Made by a program: the position numbers and the translations under genes. DNA of 64,000 bases from Candidatus Micrarchaeota archaeon (GTDB lineage: Archaea; B1Sed10-29; B47-G15), in NCBI GenBank assembly GCA_003660975.1, contig QMVG01000005.1:1-64000 (forward strand), written 5' to 3'. Below are positions 27,793-36,357 of this stretch, piece after piece (position 1 is the first letter of the stretch; every line of letters begins with the position of its first letter). The notes under the pieces were generated by a model, which made no database searches, was not told where the DNA came from, and saw only the letters and a list, made by a program, of their open reading frames with translations.

Positions 27793-29442
27793 TCAGTACT
27801 CCATACCCATGCCGCCTTGCGGTCCGCCTGTTTCTGGTGCTGAGCTCTTCTTTGAAGCAGCAATGATGTCGTCTATCTTCAGTATCATGTTCGCTGCCTC
27901 AGCTGCTGATGAAATGGCCTGACTTTTAACTTTAGCTGGCTCTATGACATCTATCTTGGACATATCTCCTATGTCTGCTTTGTCTATGAAGACTCCTATA
28001 TTTTTGTTTCCCTTTGCGTGTTCTGAACGCAGCTTTACTAGTGTGTCTATTGGGTCCATACCTGCGCTTTCAGCAAGGGTTCTTGGTATTATCTCAAGGG
28101 ACTCAGCAAATGCCTCTATTGCAAGTTGTTCCCTGCCTCCTATTTTCTTTGCATAATCTCTTAATTTCACTGCAAGTGCTGTTTCAATAGCTCCTCCTCC
28201 ATAGACAATCTTTCCCATTTCTATTGCAGATATGGCAGCTCCTATTGCGTCATTAACTGCTCTCTCTGCTTCATCTACAACGTGCTGGGTGCCTCCTCTT
28301 ATTAATATTGTCACTGCCTTTGGGTCATTGCAGCCTTCAACAAATGTCATAGCTTCTCCTGCTATCTTCTTTTCTTCAACACTTTTCGCATAACCAAGGT
28401 CATCCTTGCTCAAATCGTTAACACTGGAGCTTATCTTTGCCCCAGTTGCCTTGGCCAACTTGTCCATATCGCTCTTCTTAACCCTACGAACAGCGAATAT
28501 GCCTGCTTTTGCTAGATAGTGCTGGGCAATGTCATCTATTCCTTTCTGGCAGAAAAGCACGTTTGCTCCGCTTTCCACTATCTTGTCAACCATTTCCTTT
28601 AGCATTTTTTCTTCCTGTTCTATAAAGAGCTGTAGTTGCTCTGGAGAGGTTATGTTTATTTCAGCATCTGTTTCTGTCTTCTTAACCTCAAGTGCTGCGT
28701 CTAGCAGCGCAATCTTTGCATTTTCCACTTTCCTCGGCATGCCTGAATGGACTCTTTCCTTGTCAATTACTATGCCTTTTATGAGCTCTGAATCCTCAAG
28801 GTTGCCTCCCTGCTTCTTTTCTATTTTTATATAGTCCTGATTTATTGTTATGCTGTCTTTGCTTTCCTCAGCGACTTGCTTAACTGCATCCACTATTATC
28901 TTTGCCAATTTTTCCTTGCTTTTGCCTATTGTCCCTTTGCTCGCCATTGTTGTCATACAGACCTTTACGAGTTTCTTTTCATCCTTTATATCTATTGGAT
29001 CAGATATTTCGTTAAGCAGGTCAATTGCCTTTTCCTGGGCCATTGTGTATCCCTTGATTATTATTGTTGGGTGAATCTCCTGGTCCAACAGGTTTTCAGC
29101 ATGCTTAAGCAACTCCCCTGCTATTACCACTGCTGTTGTTGTTCCGTCTCCTGTTTCCTCATCTTGTGTTTTTGCAACCTCTACAAGCATCTTTCCTGCT
29201 GGATGCTCTATATTCATTTCATCCAGAATGGTTGCTCCGTCATTTGTTATTGTTATGTCTCCTATCTCATCTACAAGCATTTTGTCCATGCCTTTTGGTC
29301 CCAAAGTTGACCTAACAGCATTTGCAACTGCTTTTGCAACCATTATGTTAATTCTCTGGGCATCTCTCCCAATAACACGAGAACTGCCTTCTGGAAGAAC
29401 AACTATTGGTTGTCCTGACAGCTGACCTCCTACTCCTGTCAT
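27793..29442 (-). CDS. ths: thermosome subunit (group II chaperonin)
   Basis: [28 protein letters not shown]-type tail. Confidence 0.98.
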   Translation of the reverse strand: MTGVGGQLSGQPIVVLPEGSSRVIGRDAQRINIMVAKAVANAVRSTLGPKGMDKMLVDEIGDITITNDGATILDEMNIEHPAGKMLVEVAKTQDEETGDGTTTAVVIAGELLKHAENLLDQEIHPTIIIKGYTMAQEKAIDLLNEISDPIDIKDEKKLVKVCMTTMASKGTIGKSKEKLAKIIVDAVKQVAEESKDSITINQDYIKIEKKQGGNLEDSELIKGIVIDKERVHSGMPRKVENAKIALLDAALEVKKTETDAEINITSPEQLQLFIEQEEKMLKEMVDKIVESGANVLFCQKGIDDIAQHYLAKAGIFAVRRVKKSDMDKLAKATGAKISSSVNDLSKDDLGYAKSVEEKKIAGEAMTFVEGCNDPKAVTILIRGGTQHVVDEAERAVNDAIGAAISAIEMGKIVYGGGAIETALAVKLRDYAKKIGGREQLAIEAFAESLEIIPRTLAESAGMDPIDTLVKLRSEHAKGNKNIGVFIDKADIGDMSKIDVIEPAKVKSQAISSAAEAANMILKIDDIIAASKKSSAPETGGPQGGMGMEY

Positions 29443-29483
29443 TTACATCACTCTCCTTTACAGTAAACATAAAAAATAAGGTT

Positions 29484-29918
29484 TCATTCAATATTGACCT
29501 TAAAGCCAGATGGCTTTTCTCTCGGCTCTTTCTTGTAAAGCGTTATTTGAAGGACTCCATTTTTCAGCGAAGCCTTGGTTTTCTCTGGGATCACCTCTGC
29601 TGGTAGCGTCATTGCTCTCCTAAAAGCCGAGCTGCTTCTCTCCCTATGGTAATATCCCTTCTCTGACTTTTCAAATCCCTCAGACCTCTTTGCATTTATA
29701 ACAATGTAGTTTGGCTCTACCTCTATGTCTATGTCGTCCTTTTCAATGCCTGGCATGTCTGCTATTACTTTGATTGTATCTCCCTCATCTATGAGGTCCA
29801 CTGCTGGTTGCTGGAAGTTCACTGACGGCAGTGGTCCTGACAGTTCTTTTTCCATCCTCTCAAAGACCTTATCCATCTCTTTTCTTATCCTCTCAAAGTC
29901 ACTTAAGAAATCTATCAT
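29484..29918 (-). CDS. hsp20: small heat shock protein Hsp20
   Basis: Alpha-crystallin domain (ADMPGIEK, YYHRER, ASLKNGVL), IxI-like VNIE tail. Start placed at ATG 29918 after SD GGAGGTGA. Confidence 0.95.
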   Translation of the reverse strand: MIDFLSDFERIRKEMDKVFERMEKELSGPLPSVNFQQPAVDLIDEGDTIKVIADMPGIEKDDIDIEVEPNYIVINAKRSEGFEKSEKGYYHRERSSSAFRRAMTLPAEVIPEKTKASLKNGVLQITLYKKEPREKPSGFKVNIE

Positions 29919-29925
29919 AGGCATC

Positions 29926-29958
29926 ACCTCCTCCACATTTTTTCAAATGTGGGAAGGT
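29926..29958 (-). promoter_or_regulatory. 5'UTR hairpin sequestering the hsp20 Shine-Dalgarno (candidate RNA thermometer)
   Basis: mRNA ACCUUCCCACAUUU-GAAA-AAAUGUGGAGGAGGU: 14 pairs (1 G-U), 1 bulged A, GAAA tetraloop. Confidence 0.65.
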
Positions 29959-29983
29959 TTTTCATATAAAATATACAATATAT

Positions 29984-30014
29984 TAAGTGGACATCCACTT
30001 ATATAAAGCTTTCG
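29984..30014 (-). promoter_or_regulatory. hsp20-ths promoter (BRE-TATA) with overlapping palindromic operator
   Basis: Minus strand reads CGAAAGC-TTTATATA, overlapped and followed by TAAGTGGA-TG-TCCACTTA. Confidence 0.7.
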
Positions 30015-30072
30015 ATTTTGATGGGCATTCACTTAAATTGAAAGATTTTTATACTTTGCATTAGTAAGTTTA

Positions 30073-31350
30073 GTGATGATGAGAGCTATAAGCAAGAAAA
30101 GGCTCGACAGAATTGACGACCTTGTTTCTTTTTTGAACCAGCATAAAGATGGGCTTAGATACGACCTTCTCAACAACTTTGCAAGGAGGCATGGCGTTTC
30201 ATACGAAGTGGTTAAGCGAGATGCATTGTTACTTGCCTATGCCACTATACCTTCACATAGGGGATATAACCTAAAATATGTGCCAAAGGAATACAGAAAA
30301 GAGGTTAGATGGCTATGGAAGGAGATTTTTGGGATACGCGGGGGCAAAAAGAAAATGGACAGAGCAGCTGCGTGGAGAGCCTCTCATGTCTTTCTTGAGC
30401 ACACTCCTTATATGGATTTAGAGAGGGTTAAAAGGGAGTTTGACTTGAAGCAGATGCTTGGTGGCGAATTTTACCAAAAAAACATAGATTGGCTGTCCGA
30501 AGAGGAAGCGCAGATCCATGAGATGCAGAGGGAGATGGCAAGAGAGTTAAAGAAAATTTCGGAAGAGAGCAAGGCCGAACTTGAAGAGCATATGGTGAGA
30601 AAGTACAGCGATGCTTGGCTAGTAATGGGGCGCAAGATTCACAAGGAACTGGCAGAGCTTAAGAAAGCAAAGGAGAGGGGTGCTTTCAGAGATGAGATAG
30701 AGTACCTACAAGCCATAAAAGACATATGGAGAGCAAACCTATATGAGGTAAAAGCAAGCAAAGATTATGAAGCATTTAGGACTAATTTGTTAAAAGCTTT
30801 GAGAAAGGAGTTCAAGATTCAGCACAAAGCTGTTGTCAAGAAAGGGGCAAATCCAAAAAAACAGAGCACACCTCTTTCTTCCCTGTTTTTTAAAGCACTT
30901 AGAGAAACGCCTTTTCCCAAAGAAGCCAAATATGATGAAGAAGCTAGAAAAATGTGGCTTACAAAACTGAATCAAAATTTTGAGAAACTTAAAAGGCAGT
31001 CATTAAAGGAAATTGTGCTAAAGGGAAAAAGCAAGATTGACAGCAGGGAGAGGTTATTTAAGGATATGAAGTTTATGATGAGAAGGTATAGACCAGGAAA
31101 GAAAGGGAACATACCTGTCCACATGTCAGACCAAATAAGAGTGTTGGCTGAAGCGTATGCTGAAAATCCAAAGAAATTGCTGTCTTCTCTTTCCTCTGTG
31201 CCAAAAGACAATTTCTTCAAGCTGATAGTCAAGGAAGGGATGAAAATAAGCGAAGCAGATTATTATTATAACAGAGCGATGAGAGTCAGGAGCAGAATTC
31301 CTGTAAAGACATTGTTGCCTCGTTCAATAAGAAAAGGTAGAAGGCATTAG
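30073..31350 (+). CDS. orphan K/E/R-rich helical protein
   Basis: 425-aa ORF with basic N- and C-termini; no family recognised. Confidence 0.75.
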   Translation: MMMRAISKKRLDRIDDLVSFLNQHKDGLRYDLLNNFARRHGVSYEVVKRDALLLAYATIPSHRGYNLKYVPKEYRKEVRWLWKEIFGIRGGKKKMDRAAAWRASHVFLEHTPYMDLERVKREFDLKQMLGGEFYQKNIDWLSEEEAQIHEMQREMARELKKISEESKAELEEHMVRKYSDAWLVMGRKIHKELAELKKAKERGAFRDEIEYLQAIKDIWRANLYEVKASKDYEAFRTNLLKALRKEFKIQHKAVVKKGANPKKQSTPLSSLFFKALRETPFPKEAKYDEEARKMWLTKLNQNFEKLKRQSLKEIVLKGKSKIDSRERLFKDMKFMMRRYRPGKKGNIPVHMSDQIRVLAEAYAENPKKLLSSLSSVPKDNFFKLIVKEGMKISEADYYYNRAMRVRSRIPVKTLLPRSIRKGRRH

Positions 31351-31976
31351 AATTTTCTAATATGCCTGTAAAACTCTTCAAGATTTGGGTAGTAGTAATC
31401 TGCATCATCATGATATCTGCCTATAGCAATTGCAGTGAGGCCTGAATTGTGGGCAAATTCTATATCCACCTCAGAATCGCCAAGCATTAGAATATTTTTG
31501 TTTGGTCTTATCCCAAGGGCATTACAAACCTTTTCTGCTACAATCCTCTTTGGTTTGTGTTCATCTTCATTGTAAAAGTCCCTTTCGTATATGTAATCAA
31601 AGTATTTCTCAATTTTGAAAAACCTCAAAACATTATGAACGCTTTCTGCGAGAGAGTTGCTTACCAATGCCTTTGGTTTCTTAACCCTTCTCAAAAGCTT
31701 CAGGGCGCCTGGTGCCAGATATGCATATTTTGGCATTAATTCCTTCTTGGTTTTTACTATCACCTCAAAAAGCACAGGTCGCCACACTGTTAAGTAATCT
31801 TCGGCAGTTATGGCAAGTTTCTCCAGTCTTTCTTCAACATCATGCCAGTAATTTTGATAGAAGTGCTCTGGATTTTCCACACCCATCACTTTTAAAAAAC
31901 GTGTAACTATCTCTTGGTGTATTGGAATCCTCCAAAGCACCAACGTATTGTCCAAATCAAAAAATATAGCGTCCAT
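31347..31976 (-). CDS. HAD-superfamily phosphatase (Gph-like)
   Basis: FFDLDNTL (DxD), LVSN, KP, LGDSEVD. Confidence 0.88.
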   Translation of the reverse strand: MDAIFFDLDNTLVLWRIPIHQEIVTRFLKVMGVENPEHFYQNYWHDVEERLEKLAITAEDYLTVWRPVLFEVIVKTKKELMPKYAYLAPGALKLLRRVKKPKALVSNSLAESVHNVLRFFKIEKYFDYIYERDFYNEDEHKPKRIVAEKVCNALGIRPNKNILMLGDSEVDIEFAHNSGLTAIAIGRYHDDADYYYPNLEEFYRHIRKF

Positions 31977-31980
31977 ATAA

Positions 31981-32364
31981 TCACCTTTTAGCCTTCTGAT
32001 GCACTGTTTTGAACAAAAGCCATGCTTTTTCTCCTCCCTTGTCAAATTTCAGAAGAGTATACCTTCCTTTCATTCGTTTTCCGTGGAGAATGAAAACAAT
32101 TTTGTTGCTCTTCTTAGACTCAAGCTCATAACTTCCCTTGTCCCATATCCTAACCTCACCAGCGCCATAGTGTCCTTCCTCAATACTTCCTTCAAAGTCT
32201 GCATAGTCAAGAGAGTGGTCCTCAACCTCTATTGCCAGCCGTTTTATTCCCGGCTCAAGAGGAGGTTCTTTAGGTATTGCCCATGACTTCAAAACACCTT
32301 CCATCTCTAACCTAAAATCCCAGTGCAGATGGCTAGCATGATGTTCTTGAACCACAAATATCAT
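31981..32364 (-). CDS. stand-alone LigD-type 3'-phosphoesterase domain
   Basis: FVVQEHHASHLHWDFRLE, LKSWAIPK, RLAIEVEDH, YGAGEVRIWDKG. Confidence 0.93.
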   Translation of the reverse strand: MIFVVQEHHASHLHWDFRLEMEGVLKSWAIPKEPPLEPGIKRLAIEVEDHSLDYADFEGSIEEGHYGAGEVRIWDKGSYELESKKSNKIVFILHGKRMKGRYTLLKFDKGGEKAWLLFKTVHQKAKR

Positions 32365-32366
32365 AT

Positions 32367-32876
32367 TCAGGCTCCCAAAAGCTCTGCTATCTTTCTCCCG
32401 AAATCCCTGGCAGCGTCAGGACCATTTCCTGTGATTATTTTGCCATCTACCTCAACACCCTTTCCAGTGTACACAGCACCTAACTCTTCAAGCTTAGACC
32501 TAACTGAAGGCCAAGCCGTGACCTTTCTTCCAGAAAGCAGGCCAGCATTTCCCAGTATTACAGGAGCTATGCAGATAGCTGCAAGCACTTTGCCTGTTTC
32601 GTGGGCCTTTCTGGCAATCTCCAGGGCTTCTTTGTCTGTAAAGTACTGGGCAGCTCCTGGACCTCCCACAAAAACAACTGCATCATAATCATCTACCTGC
32701 AGTTCTGAAAGTTCAAATTCCGCCTCTGCCTTTGCCCCTAATTTACCTGTTCTTATGCCTCTTTGCTTTGAGGCTATTTTGACAGAAAAGCCGGCCTTTT
32801 CCAGTTCCTCTTTTGTGTGGAAAAGCTCTTCGTCCCTAAAGTTTTCAGGAGCTATAATCATCAGCACAGTTTTCAT
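32367..32876 (-). CDS. DJ-1/PfpI family protein
   Basis: FRDEE, VFVGGPGA, AAICIAP (catalytic Cys), IITGNGP. Confidence 0.92.
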   Translation of the reverse strand: MKTVLMIIAPENFRDEELFHTKEELEKAGFSVKIASKQRGIRTGKLGAKAEAEFELSELQVDDYDAVVFVGGPGAAQYFTDKEALEIARKAHETGKVLAAICIAPVILGNAGLLSGRKVTAWPSVRSKLEELGAVYTGKGVEVDGKIITGNGPDAARDFGRKIAELLGA

Positions 32877-33589
32877 TTCATCACCCCTAACAGTTCAGAA
32901 AACTTTTTGGCATTGCTCGTAGCGTGTGCATAAGCATCATTATTGAAATAAACATATACATCTCCGTTGAAATATTTTATCTTCTTTGCCCAAGCTTTTA
33001 ACTCCTCATCGCTGTAGTGGTAGTCATACCATCTAGTCCTGCCATGAAATCTTATATATGCAAAGCTTGCAGTTGTCCTAAAGCTCTCTGGGAGTTTAGG
33101 TGCACTCACATTGCAAAAGGCAATGTTCCTTTTAGATAAGCTTGAATATGTCTTTTCATTGAACCAAGAGGAATGCCTGAACTCAATTACATTTTTAAAT
33201 TTGTTATCCATTTGCCTTAGAATGTGCTTTAATTTTTCCTCATCAAATTTCATTGACGGAGGCAATTGGAATAAAACACAGCCAAGTTTTTCCTCTAGTT
33301 TGGATGCAAGCTGATAAAACTGGGAGATATCATCATCAGTGTTATTGAATCTCTTCCTATGCGTTATCAATCTCGGTACCTTCAAGCTTATCTTAAATCC
33401 AATGGGCGTTCTGTTATGCCAAGATGCAATCGTTTTCTCCGATGGCCAGTGGTAGAATGTTGAATTTATCTCAACAGTGTTAAAATGCTTGGCATAATAT
33501 TCAAGCCACAGCTTTTTTGGAATCTCTCTCGGATAGAATAGCTCGCTCCAATGCTCATACTGCCAACCAGAACAGCCCACATAAAACAT
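32873..33589 (-). CDS. DUF72 family protein
   Basis: VGCSGW, TVEINSTFY, LFQLPPS, IEFRH, YIRFHG, YVYFNND. Confidence 0.93.
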   Translation of the reverse strand: MFYVGCSGWQYEHWSELFYPREIPKKLWLEYYAKHFNTVEINSTFYHWPSEKTIASWHNRTPIGFKISLKVPRLITHRKRFNNTDDDISQFYQLASKLEEKLGCVLFQLPPSMKFDEEKLKHILRQMDNKFKNVIEFRHSSWFNEKTYSSLSKRNIAFCNVSAPKLPESFRTTASFAYIRFHGRTRWYDYHYSDEELKAWAKKIKYFNGDVYVYFNNDAYAHATSNAKKFSELLGVMK

Positions 33590-33625
33590 GTGTAAAATTA
33601 GCACATTTTTATTTAATAACGATTT

Positions 33626-33958
33626 TTATTTATTTTTGATTCTATCTCTCTTTTCAATTTCCCTTACTAAAAGTTCTATCTCCCTCTTCCTGAGATTTAT
33701 AGCAAAAGCCCTATCCATAGGATTTTTAACCTTTTTTGCTTCTTCAAGAAGTTCTTGGGCTATTTTCAAGCGCTCTATTATTACCTCTGTTGGAACGCCT
33801 TTCCACCTCTTAGGAAACTCTTTCTCCAGGTTTTTCATTTGCTTTTCAAAAAGAGCTCTTTTTATCTCCATGGGATGATCCAATCTCTCCTCTTTTGCTT
33901 TCTCTTCCTTTCTCTTTTTTCTTTCTTCCAAAATTCTCTGTAGCGCTTTTTTTACCAT
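33626..33958 (-). CDS. orphan K/E/R-rich protein
   Basis: 110-aa highly charged ORF with its own upstream TTTAAA box. Confidence 0.65.
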   Translation of the reverse strand: MVKKALQRILEERKKRKEEKAKEERLDHPMEIKRALFEKQMKNLEKEFPKRWKGVPTEVIIERLKIAQELLEEAKKVKNPMDRAFAINLRKREIELLVREIEKRDRIKNK

Positions 33959-34056
33959 AAGGTAAATGAAGCAGGGTTTCTTTAAAAACTTTGCCTATAT
34001 CAAAAGATTTATTAAAAGGCTCGACTAAAAATATTTGGAGGTGCTGGAGATGAAAG

Positions 34057-34347
34057 GTGCTTCACTTTGCCTCAAAGATTCTAAGGTTTATTGATGACTC
34101 AGGAAGCGCTAGCACTTCAGAAATAGCTCGTTCTATAAATGCCTCTGAGCGCAGTGTTAGGTATCACCTCAGTAAAATGAGGAAAAAAGGGCTGCTTGTT
34201 GAAGATATTAATTTAAATGACATGAGAATCAAAAGATATAAACGGTGTAATGCTCTAAAATATCTGTTTGTCGGGTTGGCAGAGTGGTTATGCATCCGGC
34301 TGCAGACCGGAAGACGCGGGTTCGAATCCCGCGCCCGACTTAATTGA
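34057..34347 (+). CDS. winged-helix HTH regulator whose 3' end reads through tRNA-Cys
   Basis: STSEIARSINASERSVRYHLSKMRKKGLL...DMRIKRY is a wHTH pattern; no stop until after the tRNA. Confidence 0.7.
   Translation: MLHFASKILRFIDDSGSASTSEIARSINASERSVRYHLSKMRKKGLLVEDINLNDMRIKRYKRCNALKYLFVGLAEWLCIRLQTGRRGFESRARLN
34270..34340 (+). tRNA. tRNA-Cys(GCA), no intron, CCA not encoded
   Basis: Acceptor GTCGGGT/GCCCGAC, discriminator U73, anticodon arm TCCGG-CTGCAGA-CCGGA, T arm GCGGG-TTCGAAT-CCCGC. Confidence 0.96.
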
Positions 34348-34357
34348 GGGTGAGTTA

Positions 34358-35761
34358 ATGTCAATAAAGGTTTTTAACACGCTAGGAAAAAAACTAGAGA
34401 GCTTTAAGCCTCTAAACGATAAAAAAGTTAAACTATTTGTATGTGGTCCAACAGTTTATGACTATTCCCATATAGGCCATGCCAAAACATATATTGCATT
34501 TGATGTCATTGTAAGATATCTCAGATACAGGGGCTATGAAGTAGAGTACATCCAAAATATAACAGACATAGATGACAAAATCATAAAAAGAGCTCAAGAA
34601 GAGGGAGAGAACTCATTAGAGCTATCTGAAAGGTTCACAAAAGAGTACTTTAAAGACATGGAAGCTATTTATGTTGACAGTGTCAGCAAGTATGTTAAGG
34701 CCACTGAAGTTATTGATGAGATAATTAAACAGGCAAAAGCACTCGTAGACAAAGGCATAGCGTATGTTTCAAATGGAAGCGTTTATTTTAGCATATCTAA
34801 GTTCCCTGATTATGGGAAATTATCAGGAAGAAAGCCAGACAAGGAAAAAGCAAAATCAAGGTTGGAGGAAGACCCAAATAAAAAAGACCCTCTTGATTTC
34901 GTGATATGGAAAGCAGCCAAGGAAGGAGAGCCCTCCTGGAAGTCACCATGGGGGGAGGGAAGACCTGGTTGGCACATTGAAGATACTGCCATAAGCATAT
35001 CAAATTTTGGGGAGCAATATGACGTTCACGGCGGCGGAGAGGATTTAATATTTCCTCATCATGAGGCAGAGATTGCAATAGCAGAATCATACACAGGGAA
35101 AAAACCTTTTGTAAAATACTGGCTACACAGCTCCTTTTTAAGAGTTGAAGGAAGAAAGATGTCAAAATCTCTGGGAAATTTTATAACCATAAGGGACGCT
35201 GTTAAAAAGCACGGGGGCAGGGTTCTCAAATTTTATTTCGCCTCTGTTCCTTATTACAGGCCTATCGATTACTCTGACAAGCACATAGAAGCTGCAAAAA
35301 AATCTCTGGAAAAAATTGACAACCTGGTTGAAAACCTTATGTTCATTCACGAGAAAGGCAACATCGATAATGACAGCTTTGAGCTTGACTTAGCAGCTTA
35401 CAGAGAAGCTTTTGTGAAATGCATGGACAACAATTTCAACACGGCAGAAGCAGTTGCTGTATTATTTGACTTGGTGAGGACAGTTAACCAGGCAGTTACT
35501 GACAAAAAGCTTAGGAATAAGGAAAAGGCAAAAGCAATTCTAGATTTGTTAAAGGAATGGGAAAAGGTTTTAGGCTTTCCTATTGTGATCAAGAAAAAGG
35601 AGAAAGTGCCAGATGAAGTAATGAAGCTCATTAAGGAAAGAGAGGAAGCGAGAAGGAAAAAAGATTGGGAGAAGGCAGACAGGATAAGGGAAAAAATCAA
35701 GTCAATGGGTTGGTATGTAGAGGACACAGTAGAAGGGCCAAAACCAAGGAGGATAAAGTGA
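34358..35761 (+). CDS. cysS: cysteinyl-tRNA synthetase
   Basis: CGPTVYDYSHIGH, GRPGWHIED, FPHHEAE, KMSKS. Start is ATG 34358 (SD GGGTGAG). Confidence 0.97.
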   Translation: MSIKVFNTLGKKLESFKPLNDKKVKLFVCGPTVYDYSHIGHAKTYIAFDVIVRYLRYRGYEVEYIQNITDIDDKIIKRAQEEGENSLELSERFTKEYFKDMEAIYVDSVSKYVKATEVIDEIIKQAKALVDKGIAYVSNGSVYFSISKFPDYGKLSGRKPDKEKAKSRLEEDPNKKDPLDFVIWKAAKEGEPSWKSPWGEGRPGWHIEDTAISISNFGEQYDVHGGGEDLIFPHHEAEIAIAESYTGKKPFVKYWLHSSFLRVEGRKMSKSLGNFITIRDAVKKHGGRVLKFYFASVPYYRPIDYSDKHIEAAKKSLEKIDNLVENLMFIHEKGNIDNDSFELDLAAYREAFVKCMDNNFNTAEAVAVLFDLVRTVNQAVTDKKLRNKEKAKAILDLLKEWEKVLGFPIVIKKKEKVPDEVMKLIKEREEARRKKDWEKADRIREKIKSMGWYVEDTVEGPKPRRIK

Positions 35762-36357
35762 TGGATATACACTTCATTCCGGGCAATCTAAATTCCTCAA
35801 ATTCAATTCTTGTTGGCAATGTCCTAATAGACCCGGGCATAGAAGAAGATAGAAGCATTGTTGAGGCATTGAAAAGGCTTGGATATGAGAAAAGAGATAT
35901 TGAAAGAATAATACTCACGCATGCACATTATGACCACAGCTCAGCAGCAAGGCTCTTTGATTGTCCAACATATGCTTTTGGTGCAGACGCCACAGCTCTT
36001 AAAAAAGGAGATGATGATTATACTCTTTCCAAGTTTTTTGGAGATTCACTGCGCATTGAAAACATAAGAACTCTTAAGGATGACCAGCTTTTTAACGGGC
36101 TGAAAATAATATCAACACCAGGCCATACAGATGGAAGTATATGCTTACACTATGAGGATTATCTCATAAGTGGAGACACTGTCTTTGCTTACGGCATTGG
36201 CAGGTATGACCTGCCTGGTGGTTCTCTGGAGAACTTGACCCTATCTCTGAAAAAACTCAGCCAGCTAAATTTTGAGGTCCTACTTCCTGGCCATGGTCCT
36301 ATTGGAAACAAAGACAGCGTAATGGATGCTTTAAGGCAGATAGATGCATTTTACTGA
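35761..36357 (+). CDS. MBL-fold metallo-hydrolase
   Basis: THAHYDH, TPGHTDGS, ISGDT, LPGHG. Confidence 0.92.
   Translation: MDIHFIPGNLNSSNSILVGNVLIDPGIEEDRSIVEALKRLGYEKRDIERIILTHAHYDHSSAARLFDCPTYAFGADATALKKGDDDYTLSKFFGDSLRIENIRTLKDDQLFNGLKIISTPGHTDGSICLHYEDYLISGDTVFAYGIGRYDLPGGSLENLTLSLKKLSQLNFEVLLPGHGPIGNKDSVMDALRQIDAFY

Noticed and set aside
34268-34357. N-terminal extension of CysS in the ORF track
   Set aside because: It is the tRNA-Cys read in frame; the SD-supported start is ATG 34358.
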